Below, piece after piece: positions 36,520 through 48,699 of a stretch of DNA of 64,000 bases (the first letter of the stretch is position 1; each line of letters begins with the position of its first letter). The notes under the pieces were generated by a model. The model did not search any database. It had not been told where the DNA came from and worked only from the letters and a program-made list of their open reading frames with translations. Source of the stretch: Trichosphaerium sp. ATCC 40318 (taxonomy: Eukaryota > Protista > Tubulinea). The stretch covers positions 1-64,000 of the forward strand of contig JALMLS010000334.1 in the NCBI GenBank assembly GCA_038496445.1, written 5' to 3'. A program made the position numbers and the translations under genes.

Positions 36520-37899
36520 TCACTTTTTGTAAAGAACAGATGAGCCATACTCGTCATATTCTTCTTTTAGCATTAAAATATCACAAAAACTAGGTGAAGA
36601 AGCAAGTATAGAGCCTCCAAGCCATGCAGATTGCTTTCTGTCAGGCGGAGCAATAATATTTACATTCATATCAGGAGAAGCAATGGGAGATAATTCCTTA
36701 TGCAAACGCTTATCAATACCATCAAACATTGTGTTTCCACCTGATAGTATAATATTCCATACATCTCCTTATGTAGATCAGAGTCACACACCTTAATTGA
36801 GTTGTTTATCAGGTAGTGTATGCCTAGAGATTTTAATTCAATCAAAGAAGGTTTGAATAGAGCTTCAGGGCACTTGAAGCGTTCGGCACCAATAGACGAT
36901 GTAAAGTCTTTGCCACCGCCGTATTCATTGTTAAGATAATCTGTGGTGATTGCTTTTATAGTCTCTTTCTGGGGGTCTAGAGCAATATAACAGAGTTTTT
37001 CTCTTAAGCAACGAGGAATATCATGCTCAAGACCATGCCAATTCATGTCGTAACAGGAGTTACCATTTGCACTGAGCAGCTTCCTAAAGTATTTACCTAG
37101 ATCATAGCCACCCATTCGTATACGCGATATAGCATGATTGATAGCATAACCTTCGTATATTGGTACAGCATGAGTGAGATCAAAACCAGAATCGAGCACA
37201 ACACCTAAACAAAAAAATCAACTAAGAAATAACTATTTCCCACTTGTTATTTTACGCAGTCTCAGCAGTGTCGGTTATACTGTTGTATACATACCTGTTT
37301 TCCTTCCAACAGAGAGTAAAGATAGTATTTGTGGTATTGTTAAGTACATACCAGGTACTTTAAACGTCTCAAACATAATTTCTGTCATTTTTTCTCTGAA
37401 GGAAGTGAACATCCAATGTTAGTTAAACAAAAAAGTCAGTATATGATATTACCTGTTTGCTTTTGGACATAGTGGAGCTTCTGTGAGGAGAACAGGGTGC
37501 TCCTCTGGCTCAACAGAAAGTACGCTATAAAGAGTATAGTGCCATATGTGTTGCATATCGTCCATGTTGGTTATAACGCCACGGTTCGATGGTCTTGTCA
37601 CTATCGTTCTACCGTGCTTAGATACTGCTTCTTCGGCGATAAACGGGTGCATTTTACAACCCGTACACCCTGTTCCTGGCAATACCTCACAAACACAGTG
37701 GTGTCCATAATAGCGTCCTACAAAGGCTGGAAAGATGGCTCTTGGAGTTTCTCCTGAGAAACCGGCTTTTACCATATCAGTGCCATTATCTATAACGACA
37801 GCTATTGCATGAAGCAGTTAGAGTGAATAAAAGCAAAGTATCGTAAAAAAAAACCACAAAAAGCAATCATACTTGCAACTACGTACTTGTTTGTTCCAT
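36520..37899 (-). CDS. Divergent actin-like protein with a 1-nt frameshift near 36755 (pseudogene or sequence error)
   Basis: [64 protein letters not shown]. The bases tatggaatatt need one extra A to give [13 protein letters not shown]. Confidence 0.85.
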
Positions 37900-37999
37900 G
37901 TTTGCTATTACGCTAATAAAAGGATTGTTTGTGGGAGGTACCACGTGTGATGTTTTTGTTTTGAGACGAACTAATAAATTTGTTTCAATTCAACTAAAA

Positions 38000-38785
38000 T
38001 CTCTTGCTCCCAAGGTTATTTGAAAATACCTCGAAGACATCCATCCTAGTCCAGAAAAGAACACTTTTGGGTCGTAATATGCACAGAGTAAGTGTATGTT
38101 CACAACACAAAACTTGCCCAAGGAAATGTATAATGTTCACGTAACAGTTTTCAGATTACCCCTTTGTTTACTTAGCACTTACGATATTTTGAGAACTCAA
38201 CGTTCTAGTATCTATCTAAAGCGATCACGTGCCATTGTACGTTAGGTGTACTCTGGAAATCTCTCAGTTGCAAATAGATTCAAAGACAACTCGCGTTCGA
38301 CAAGTTCCCACATTGATGCCTAAATGTTTATAACTCACTGGTTTGTCCTAAGGAATGCTTTGAGTGTGATTAATGCGTTATGTAGACCTTGACTGTTGAC
38401 TAATGTATATGACATTTCTAAGTTCAATCAACAATGGAATAAGGGAAATAATATACTTTATTTCTGTAAGTGTCCATGTTCCAACGTGAATTCTTAAATA
38501 CGGTTGAAATAGGTTCCTCGTAGTAGCTACACCAGTATGCAACCTTTCTTCACGGAACAGGAATATCCTGACTGGCACCTACTGGATTCGCTCTGATGTA
38601 TTTCCTTGTAGCTAGAAAGTCGTGTACACTATGGCAATAACTGCATTGGCTCTGTTGTAACCACAACAGAAACCAGACCATACAATAAATAAAACCTGAA
38701 GCGTACACTTACCCTATGTACATTACACCCACTTATAAATTGTTTATCGTGTAAGATGGTTCTGAGGTGAGTAAAAACGTCCTAA
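38000..38785 (-). pseudogene. Decayed intron-containing gene of unknown family
   Basis: Exon/intron-like structure with protein-like frames (SQCSYCHSVHDF.., ASMWELVERELSLNLF..) interrupted by TGA, TAA and TAG. Confidence 0.35.
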
Positions 38786-40209
38786 AGATTTTCGAAATCC
38801 CTCAAGTATAAAAAAAACAAACAAGTATTTGAGTGCAATTGAAGCACGTGCAAATAACTGCAAGCTAAAACTGTATAGCTACCTCCACTCGGATTACACT
38901 GCAACTATTGATTTGAGATTACGTTAGAGAAAAAAAGGAAAAATTGGTTGGCTTAGTCCAGATCATTCAACTGCGACAAAAAAAATGGATAAAAAAACGC
39001 GCAATCAGACAGTGAAACTCGTCTGAAGTTTTTTTATGTGTATTACTATCATTAAAAAGTAGTTCTACAAGTGATCGCCAATACGTATCGTTCGCTCTTT
39101 TAAACCAGTTGGTTTATCGTACTCAATAGATAATACAGTTCGCAGGGTATGACATACGCGTACTCCCATAACCATGATAACCATGGGAGGTTTTGTACCC
39201 AGTAGGGACAAATCCACTGCAAATTTAATGTACTGTTTATCTAAATCTGCTGTTGAGCGAGTACGGTTAAAACATTGAACAACTGAAGGAGTAAAAGACG
39301 GTTTCGTATTACGGCGGGAACTTCATATTAAATAACGGTCATCTTTCTTGCCTACAAGCCAAATCACAACGCCTGTTCGTTGGTGCCCTTAAGAGTACAG
39401 CCCCTTATACAGAAAACTTGTCGTCTCGAAACTCAGTACAATTTTCGTCTTCTCGCCTGTAACTGGTGCTGCTACGGTCATTTAGTCGTCTACTTGCCAC
39501 CTCTAAACCTAACAACTGTCTGCTACGCGTATTACGTAGTACGATTCAGTACATAAATGAACACTGTACTTAACATGTTTACAAAATGTAACCACGTGAA
39601 CATCAAGTTTGTCCTGAAAAGTACTGCAAAGCAAAGCGTTGCACTGCACTAAAACGTAGTTGGTACTTATTATCTTGAAAACATAAAAAAAGTCCCACCT
39701 TGTCCGGAAGATACACGATCTCCTCCAATTTATTGTACTGCCGAAAGCTCTCATCTTTTTATAGTTGATACCTAGGCGTATAACAGCACCTCTTAACCGC
39801 GCGTGATACTTCAGTCTATGTTGAAAATACACTTCGTTTTGCACTTAGCGCTTGGTATTAAGACCACATTAACCAACCGCAATCAACACCACGGTCATAA
39901 AGCGCAACAATAACGTACACAATCCCTAAACGGTAATCTTACGAATACTATAAAACAAGTATATTGGAAGCGAAGAAAAAGTAATCGACTATTCTTTAAG
40001 ATAAGGTGTTTTTTACATTTATTTTACAGAGTGCAACAGTTGGCTCTCAGATAAGGTAGGGGTTAGTTTCTCGCTAATATACAAGTGCTTTTTACAAATG
40101 ATTATTGTCAAGCGAAATCGGGGGGAGGTAATTAAGTGCAAGCCAAGGTTTTAAAGACAAGGTGGTGCATATTTGGTTTTGAAAAAAAAAGTTCAACAAT
40201 CGAACAGTC

Positions 40210-42217
40210 TCAAGCGAGATGCACGATAGGGATCTTTGCTACTTCTTCAAAATTACGTCTGGAGTACTTTTTGCGGATAGTACTAAGGCTCGATTTCTAG
40301 AAATACAGCATAAACATACTTGTGATCACGTGAAGAAAAAAAAAAGAGAGAAAAATCAGGAAAAACAAAAAAGAACGATGAACGGTTACATACCTGCAGG
40401 CGGCGTAAGAGCGCGTTGATTTCTAGAGCACAAGCTCTGGTATCGCATTCACGATAGGTAGTATAATGCTCCAAGGTTGGTGTCTAAAAGAACAGTAAGA
40501 AACCCGTTGGAACAAACTTTCAAAAAAAGAAAAAAAAAACAACCGTACCCAAACTGGGTTCTCATTGAGCATAGCACGTGCGATAAATACGCAAGAAGCA
40601 GCAATCAATGATGGTGGGTATTTGAGCATCTTAACATCCAAAAGAGGGATCTCACAGAGGTATTTTGTCAAGGTATGCGCCTTCAAGTCTGATCGAGCAG
40701 CCTGTTTTTTAAAAAAAATCAGAATACATTTTCTCGCTTTAACACCGCATTTATCGTCTCATTTTTAAAAGACAAGGGATATAACGTACCTTGCTGAAAC
40801 GACGTAAAAAGTGAAGTGCAGTTGGGACAGTTAAGTTCCATTTTAGGGTGTTAAGAATCAAGGCCTCCATTTCGAATAATTGTTCCTAAATTAAGACTCA
40901 ATTAGTAAATCACATAAAACAACTTGCACGTGAGAATTCTGAAAGGAAAAATACAGTCGTAGTAATTACAAAAAAAGGGCGATGCGTATTTATAAACTGA
41001 GAATACTACCAATCACGAGGTGATATCTCAAAAAGCGACCGAGGAAAAAAGCGGACAAAAAAAAAAAGTTACGGAAAAAAAAATCTGGATGTCTATAGAT
41101 AGATACCTTGCTATAAGAGTTATCAGTGATATGAATAAAGTCAGCACTCTCAGGAGGGTAGATTTCTTCATACTTTGCGGCGATAAAGAAGGCACCAATA
41201 GCGACAAGCTAAAAACAAAAAAATCAGGAATTGCAAAAAAAAAAAATAAGCGCGTAGACGTCCACGTAGAAGGAAAAATGGAGCGAACAGAAGAAAAAAA
41301 AGCCAAAAAAAGAGTACAAGGAGAAAAAGGATAAGATTTGCGTCCATTTTTGAAATTCAAAAATAACCGCGTAAAACAAAACAAAAAAAAAAATTAGCTT
41401 AAACGCACTTGTAATTGGCCGCGACCAGTTTGGTGAGCAGCTAGGAATCTATCTAAAACATTTACGGCCAAATAGAGTGTTTCAGGGAGCATTAGAAACT
41501 TTGTGTGAACAGCAACCATCCAATCTACAAGAATAGCACGCATTCTATACAACAAGAAAAAATATGTTAGTACAAAAAAAAAAGCGCGAGTGGCGGGTAT
41601 TTTTTTTTTCAAAACATTTTTTTTAACTGGTTTTTCTTACCTTTCGTTTATGTCGCTTTGCTCTTGCATATATCTAGGATTAATTCCACTTCTCTTTTCT
41701 AGGTCACGAAGTTCTTCAAAAATCTCGTTTACATTTGTAGTTTCAGCCTTTTTGAGAATGTCTTAGTGAGAGTAGTGCTTTTGTAATGTACCTGTGGGTC
41801 TTTGTGGTCGTATAAGTCGATATCATCCCAACGCTGGTTGATAATTGTTTCGTCTATCTCCATTGGGTCGATGTTCGCTTGTTGCATGTGCTTTATTCTC
41901 TTTTGAAGCTGCATTTTGTTTGTAAATGAGCGTGTGCGAACACGAGGCTTTTGAACCTCTCGCAATGTAGCGGACTGTTTGGATACGGCCTATAACATAG
42001 TATAAGGGCTTTAAAGTATCCGGTAGCAACGTACAGGTTTTTTTATCTTACTAGCGAATCTTGAGGCTCTAGACTGGTTGGTGATATTAGTAAGAACACT
42101 GCGAGCAGTGCCTTGCTTGAAACCAAGACCAGGGCGCTTGGTGGATTTGGTTGTACGCATGTTTTCGGTATCGCCGTACGAGCGCATTGGGAAGCGGTAG
42201 TTTCTGTCTACGTTCAT
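40210..42217 (-). CDS. B-type (mitotic) cyclin
   Basis: D-box RSVLTNITN, cyclin box MRAILVDW...PETLYLAVNVLDRFL...AKYEEIYPP, FLRRFSKA, YPPSLIAA, IRKKYS; 8 introns. Confidence 0.93.
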
Positions 42218-42238
42218 TTTAAGAAATGTTTGAGGTTG

Positions 42239-42610
42239 CCGTTTGTATGTGGCGGGTAAAGTTTGAATAAAAATGCTTAACGGTAAACAAATTCAAGATT
42301 TTTCTGTCAAGCGGTATTAACTTAACGCGCCTCTGTTCGGGTCGTTGTGGCGCTTGAAGACGTGTTTACTTGTTTTTTGTCCGAAGCTAGCTGTGAGACT
42401 TTGAGCCACGCGTAGCCACGTAACTTGAAAATTTTAGCGATGAAACGACATCTTATCGCGCGTACTATCCGTACAAGGCACAAATAGAACTTTTCCAAAA
42501 TTACGGGTTTTTTAGTTTTACAAAACTTCGTTTTCTGCTTCACCGGACATAATATAGACACAACAGTTGTGAGGTCACTTTACAACCGCAATAATTGGGT
42601 AAAAACCGTT
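42239..42610. promoter_or_regulatory. Putative G2/M promoter elements upstream of cyclin B (CDE/CHR-like and MSA/Myb-like AACGG)
   Basis: GGCGGG at 42251 followed by TTTGAA at 42262; AACGG/CCGTT at 42239, 42279 and 42606. Confidence 0.3.
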
Positions 42611-42835
42611 TAAGTTTGCTGAAACGTTGGCTCACTTTGTAAGTTTACTTTTTCGTTTATTGGGAATACTCAATGCCCCCTCGCGTAAATTTCTCATAAC
42701 AAAAGTTCTTATGGAATTCGTGGGAAAACTATACGATGATTCTGCACAAGTGTTCAATTTCATGAAAAATTCTACGACTTATACCAAAACCTGTAGTTCA
42801 TAATATAATTACAAATAACATATCAACAACACGTT

Positions 42836-44540
42836 ATGTACACCATGTATACAAATACTGATGATCTGGGATCATCTGGAGGCTCGTCTATACCAAATTC
42901 ACCACCATTACGCTTTGGTGACTTTGGGAGTGAAGAAAGAGAGATGTTAGCGCAAAGGTTATGCGAAGTGAAGAGTGAAATGCAAAATATACGTACGTAT
43001 GACGGTGCTGGTAACATAAAAATTGAATTCGAAGTATAAAACTACCTGGAGTCTTAAAGGTTGGTTTTACGTGGGGTGGTGTATTCTTATAACGCTGATA
43101 TCAAACCAAACATACGAAGCTATTGAATTAACGCTCGCGAATGGCTTTATAAATATATAAATGGCATAGATAAAATAATGCGACCATTGCGAGGCTTATA
43201 CATAGCGTTACAATATTTTGGCTGTTTGATGATCAATTTTACTACAATATTCGCGTTACACCACCCCTACAACCGCCTTTCAATTATTTTTCGCACTGGA
43301 TTTTTTTGAGCGGTTTATTTTGTAAACTTACATTTACCTTAGCTGCCTTTCACGAACCAATTGCAATCTCGAATCCATCGGGCTCATTAGCTAATTTGCG
43401 CTTCTCACCTGATCCTCGCGGCTACACGCCTTTACATTACACATCGGCCCTCGGCAAGAATACTAGTACCTCCGTGCTACTTGAGGATAGACGTGTAAAC
43501 GTGGATGCAAGAGAACCTAGAGAAGGTACGTACAGTTGAGAATCCTAGATAACGGAACTCTCCGAGAAAAAAAAAACCACAATAATCAAAAGGCTAACCG
43601 CTGTTTTTAGGGTTTACCCCACTCATGTTCTCTGTTGTGAATCATCAGGTGGAGTCTATTACTACTCTTATCGAACAAGGAGCCAACCCAAACTTGAAGG
43701 ATTTTACGGGACGTACCCCTTTATATTTGGCCACCCAACTCGCATTTACCGACGTGGTACGTATTCATTACCCAAGTTTTCGCGTGTTTGATGAACGAAA
43801 GCGTTGATCACCCAAAAAAAATCTTTGCTTCTTTCTTGCAGCTTCTAACCGAATTCCTTTAGGTAAAATATCTGGTTGAGAACAGTGCAGACCCAAACCA
43901 AGCTGACCTGGACGGCGTAACACCTCTCCACGCAGCAGCTGCCTTGGGAAACATGAAATGCATTGAGATCTTAATACGGAATGGCGCTTGGATCGACGCA
44001 CGCGACAATCAAGGAGAAACACCCCTTTTTTTTGCGCTACGCGAAGGTCAGCACGAAGTTGTGAAGTACGTTTAACCAATTCCTAGCGTCCACAAGGCTG
44101 TGTTTTTTTTTGTATTTTTGTTTTCTTTTCTGTTAAATATTACAACTTTTTCCTAACATTGTTATTTAGGGCACTTATATCTTGCGGTGCAAACGTATCA
44201 ATCGAAAACAGTGACGGTGAAACCCCTATCGATTTCAGTGAGGACATAGGCGACAATGCAATGTTCTCATTCCTCTCCTCTGTCAACTCTTCAAAAGCTC
44301 CAGGCGTCATGCTCGTAGAAGGAGACTCATTCGCAACAGTATGCCCTCCTCCAAACTCAGGGCGCGACTTTGACAGCCTCGCAAATGGCATCGGAAAAAT
44401 GTCTGTCGAGTACGCTGCTCCTCCGTCACCTCTGGAATCTAGAAACCTCCTCAACAAGTGGGTCATGTGGTAAGTATTTTTTTTTTGTTTTTTGTAGATT
44501 GCTAGTTTGTTTCTCGTATTAACGCTTATTTCTTAGGTAA
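42836..44540 (+). CDS. Ankyrin-repeat protein
   Basis: GYTPLHY, GFTPLMF, GRTPLYLA, GVTPLHAA, GETPLFFA and GETPID repeats. The last intron splits the final Trp codon just before TAA. Confidence 0.88.
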
Positions 44541-45010
44541 CATATATGCGGTCTAGGACGAAATCATTACCCATCTTGTTACACCCCCTTTTTCCAAAAT
44601 TTTCAAACTCCCCTCTCGCTAAAACCAAAAAAAAAAAAAAAAAAAAGAAATTAATCCTCTTCTATCGTTCTGGACCCTTGTAAACTATTATTGTAAGAAA
44701 TAAATAATGTAAATACCAAAAATGAATAGTTTTGTTACCCCATTGAGTTCGTGGACGAATCTACAAAAACCCCCAAAATGTTGTAAAAAAAATTAAAAGT
44801 CGTCCATCGCTCTAGGTTGGTTTTGTGTGATTTATTTTGCGTCCTGCGCATCCCGCTACGACAATACGGCGAGACGGCTAACGCAAGGACTACTGAACCC
44901 AAAAACCCCCACGGACTGCACTTGACTCTCACTGCTTCCCTCCACCAATCTCCCATAACGCATCTAGCATCTCGTCTCTGACTAGCTGCTCGGATTAGGA
45001 TCACATAAAA

Positions 45011-46822
45011 ATGGAACGAGGTCACTTACCGTCTCTTGATTATTCACTGGGCAACGAGCAAATAATGTCCATGCCTCCACCGACTATCCCAACCGTGACG
45101 AACAGTGGAAACAAGACACCCAAACCAATAAAAGGCAGTTCCGCTGTAGAGAAACGCAACCTTGCGTTACTAAAGGATGTATTAAAAAATGCACCCCCAG
45201 GCACGTATACACCCTCGTTTGATGTATTGAAGCGCAAACAGCATTAATTTTGCATAAATACAATTTATTGTCACTTTCTGACCAGATGAGCAGATGTTCA
45301 CATCTACGTTACGCCTGGGCAGGTCAGAAACGGCATAAAAGCTGCGAAATACGATAAGTCTTCGCGACAAACCGCACCAGCCGTCACACTTGGGACGAGC
45401 GTTCAGGCAGTCTTCTTTTACATCAAATCTGCGAGGTGCGCGCGTTGTTGTATTTTATACAGCAGGACAGGAAGCAAAAACTTTGTTTATTTCGCGTGAT
45501 TTTACAAAACACGTCCAAATGCATTTATCTTTTTTTTAGTGATGCCAGGATGATAAGAATCAGGGATGACGGCCACAAGGGCCGAATCACCATCGTGCCT
45601 GATCGCAGCATTCAAACGCAAGCTGGATGGCTTGGAACACAGGTTAGTAGTTTTTTTATGGTAGTTGGTTCATTCTACAATACGAGGGATGGGAAGCAAG
45701 GGTTTTTATTTTATTGTGAACTAAAAAACTTGTGTTTCGCATATTAACACTCGCGCTAGTATGGTGGATGTTATCTTAAGTACATTCGCAAGGTAGACTC
45801 CCCGAATTACAGAAAGAGCATAGTCATAGATTTTCCGTTCCCCGACAAGCAAGCTCATGTAAGACACGTCACAATGATTTTTTATGGCTCGTTTCCAAGT
45901 TTGAAACTTGTTTTTCCGAATTATTTTGAAACGAAAGCCGAAGTAGCCACGTCCGGCACTTTCGCTTTTTTTCGTTTTTTTTGGACTTTGTTCAGTAGTA
46001 ATCGTTTCTTAATTGTAGGTTCCATTATCCCCAGAATACGCAAGAGACGATGGAAGTACACACGACTATCATAATAAACAACATGGCAGTGTATCGTTTA
46101 AAACACCATCACCAAAAGGTTCAAAAAATGCTATATCGCGAAAGGCTCCTATAAAGAAGCAGTGGGCACACTTTATACAAAAAAATTTACAAGGAAAGTG
46201 CCTGACTGCCCACGTCAATGTTTACTTTTTATCATCTACAAAGGACACAAAACAGCATTGGCGTAAGTGTTTTACAAAAGAAGACGAAGATGCGCTCGAC
46301 AAACGCGTTTCGGAGCTTTTTGTAGATCCAGATAGGTTTCTCAAGAATGATGGCTGGAACCTATGGAATCGCGTAGACGAACCTTCTGGATACACCTACA
46401 ACGTTAGAATCATTCAACCGCAAAACTTTGATTCATTCATGTGGGAGCACAACGGTATGTGCTTCTCTATTGAAGTGAACATGTCTGCTGTAGAAGGCAT
46501 TGAATTTGCGGGCATTCCTGTTGGCATCTCCGGTATTCAGATGGCTGAGTTTATAGCAACCGCTTACGGTATTGAACGCGATGTTGTTGGTGGCCAACGT
46601 ATGACAAATGCTAACGGTACTCCTTCGGATCGTATTGTTGTCGGTTTGAAGAGAAAACAAGCTTGCTTCAAACAAAGCGGTACTTTGGATTTATCTAATG
46701 AGTTACAAATGACAGAGCCTGTTTATATTCGTTATTCTGTTCAAGATAGGAAAAAGCGCAGACGAGTTGATACTGATGTTAAGCCTATTGTTGCTGAAGT
46801 AAAAAAGCAGGATAACGCTTAG
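45011..46822 (+). CDS. Unknown protein (about 450 aa) with C-terminal NLS-like RKKRRR
   Basis: Five exons splice into one open frame (first intron GC-AG, 45201-45293). No family recognised. Confidence 0.7.
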
Positions 46823-47419
46823 ACTATGTGCAAGAGGGAAGAAAATGGGTTCTATTTTTTTTTGGGACACGTTTTTTTTTTGAAACCTGTAAACGGAGTT
46901 AGCCACTTTGTTTTGATAGAATAAATAGAAAAAAGTCCAAATTAAATACGCTAAGACCAAGGCGGTCAATCTCTTCCATAAGAATAAGTAATTTAGCGCC
47001 TTAGCGCATATACCCCATGACGTCATATTGGGTGTGTACCATAACCAAAAGAGTGCTTCGGCGAGGTCTCAAATAAAAAGGTGCTGACATCTACTACCAT
47101 GCCAACCGTCATCGCACGTGCATGAATAGGTATTCAATACGCATATTCCGTTTAAAGAGCAGTTTGAATCTCTTGTAAGATTGGGAAGAGTTCAACCTTG
47201 AAACGCTTTGGTAGAGCTTTTTTAGACAATTTCGGAGTCAAAGAAGTCGGAAGAAAAGTAGTTGGAGTTGTTTGGTTTTCATGTAAAAGTCAGTTGAGCC
47301 AGTAGTTTGTAGGTCATAACGTTGCCACAACTTCATATCAAGCTTGACTGAGGTACTTTACTTCAAAAACCTCAGGTTATGTATGATACATAGAATATGA
47401 TGTCTACATAGTAATTTGT

Positions 47420-48474
47420 TTATTTTTTTGCTACTAACGTAGTCTTATCTTTAGCGACGCCGTGTATATCGCCAGACTTGAATCCAACGGTGACATGGAA
47501 ATCCTTTGGACTCAATCCTAGTTCTTTCCTACAAAGAGGTCATCTAAGATTGGATTTGAGTTCTTTTTTTTTTCATACCTTGCTGTGTTTGCAGATTCCC
47601 ACGTGATAACCTTAAAGTAAGTTTGTTGATCGTTTTTTATTACTGTACCAAGACCCTACAACAACAAAATGTCAACTGCTTTGTTTTTTGTTATATTTCT
47701 TTTATGTTGCACCTCATCCTTCCAGTCATCTGTTACAATATCAGTAATGGTATCTACAAGTTTTTTAGAAAGAGCTTTCTTCTCTGCGCTTGTTTTTGTG
47801 GCTTTTAAGAGTTCTTTGTATTCAGGAGGTGAAATGATTGTAATGTGACCTTTCTCTCCATCTCTTGCTGTCCTGAGTCCCTCTTCCAGTTAACAACTGT
47901 ACCTCGTGCACCTCAATATAGTTCAAGGCACTGACTGATTGTTTTTTTGTACCTGTTAGCGAGCCACTCTTTTGGAACACTTTCAATTCCGTGTTTTGCT
48001 GAAAAGTCTGCTGATGGTCCAATTAAATGGACGTATTTGTATATGTGTTGGAATTCAATGCGTTCCAAGGCTGCGCCAGCTATTTATTGTCAGTTTTGAA
48101 TGAAAACGGTACATCTGATGTATAAAGCGTACCAACGTGGTTTTTAGGCTTGCCGAGCGTAATATGACGTTTATCTCCACTTCCCGAGCTGTAGTGATCT
48201 AAACCGATTTCTTCTGCTGCATCATGCAAGTTCTTGCGCTGTGTTTTAGAAAGCGAAGGAGAACACTCGAGTTTGTCGTCTTCTATCTTCAAAAACTTTT
48301 CTAATAGCTTGTACAGTTCCTCATCATTATCTACAGCGTCTTTGGTGAGTTTTTTGGCCTCTACTATTTTCTTTAGGTATTCTTTCTCCTCTTCGCTTTG
48401 AGGCACCTGTTTAGGGTTAATTTCGTGGTGTATATTGTTACCAGTACACGAGCGATTGTTTTTGAGTACGACAT
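47420..48474 (-). CDS. R3H domain fused to a 2H phosphoesterase (Swiss-Army-knife type)
   Basis: R3H PSLSKTQRKNLHDAAEEIGLDHYSSGSGDKRHI; 2H motifs NRTARDGEKGHITIISP and DFHVTVGF..DIHGVAK. Confidence 0.8.
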
Positions 48475-48699
48475 GACAATTGAAAAGTCAAACAGCAGCG
48501 AACCGGTTGAATTTTGCGGAGGTTCGTTTACTGATTAGGAAAGTGACACAACTACCTTATTGAGCAAATACACATGGTTTCCGGGCAAACTCGTCCTCAC
48601 AACTATCCAACCTCCCTGTGGTAAATCATACAAAGTCAAAAAAAACGGAGAAACTATTGAACTATGACATTTTTCCGTTTTGTAAACAAGAATAGCAAT

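Noticed and set aside
39050-39850. Possible gene on the minus strand
   Set aside because: Splice-like signals are present, but I could not build a consistent open frame or recognise a motif.
41020-41384. Lys-rich and Phe-rich ORFs on both strands
   Set aside because: These are artefacts of poly-T intron tracts around a cyclin B exon.
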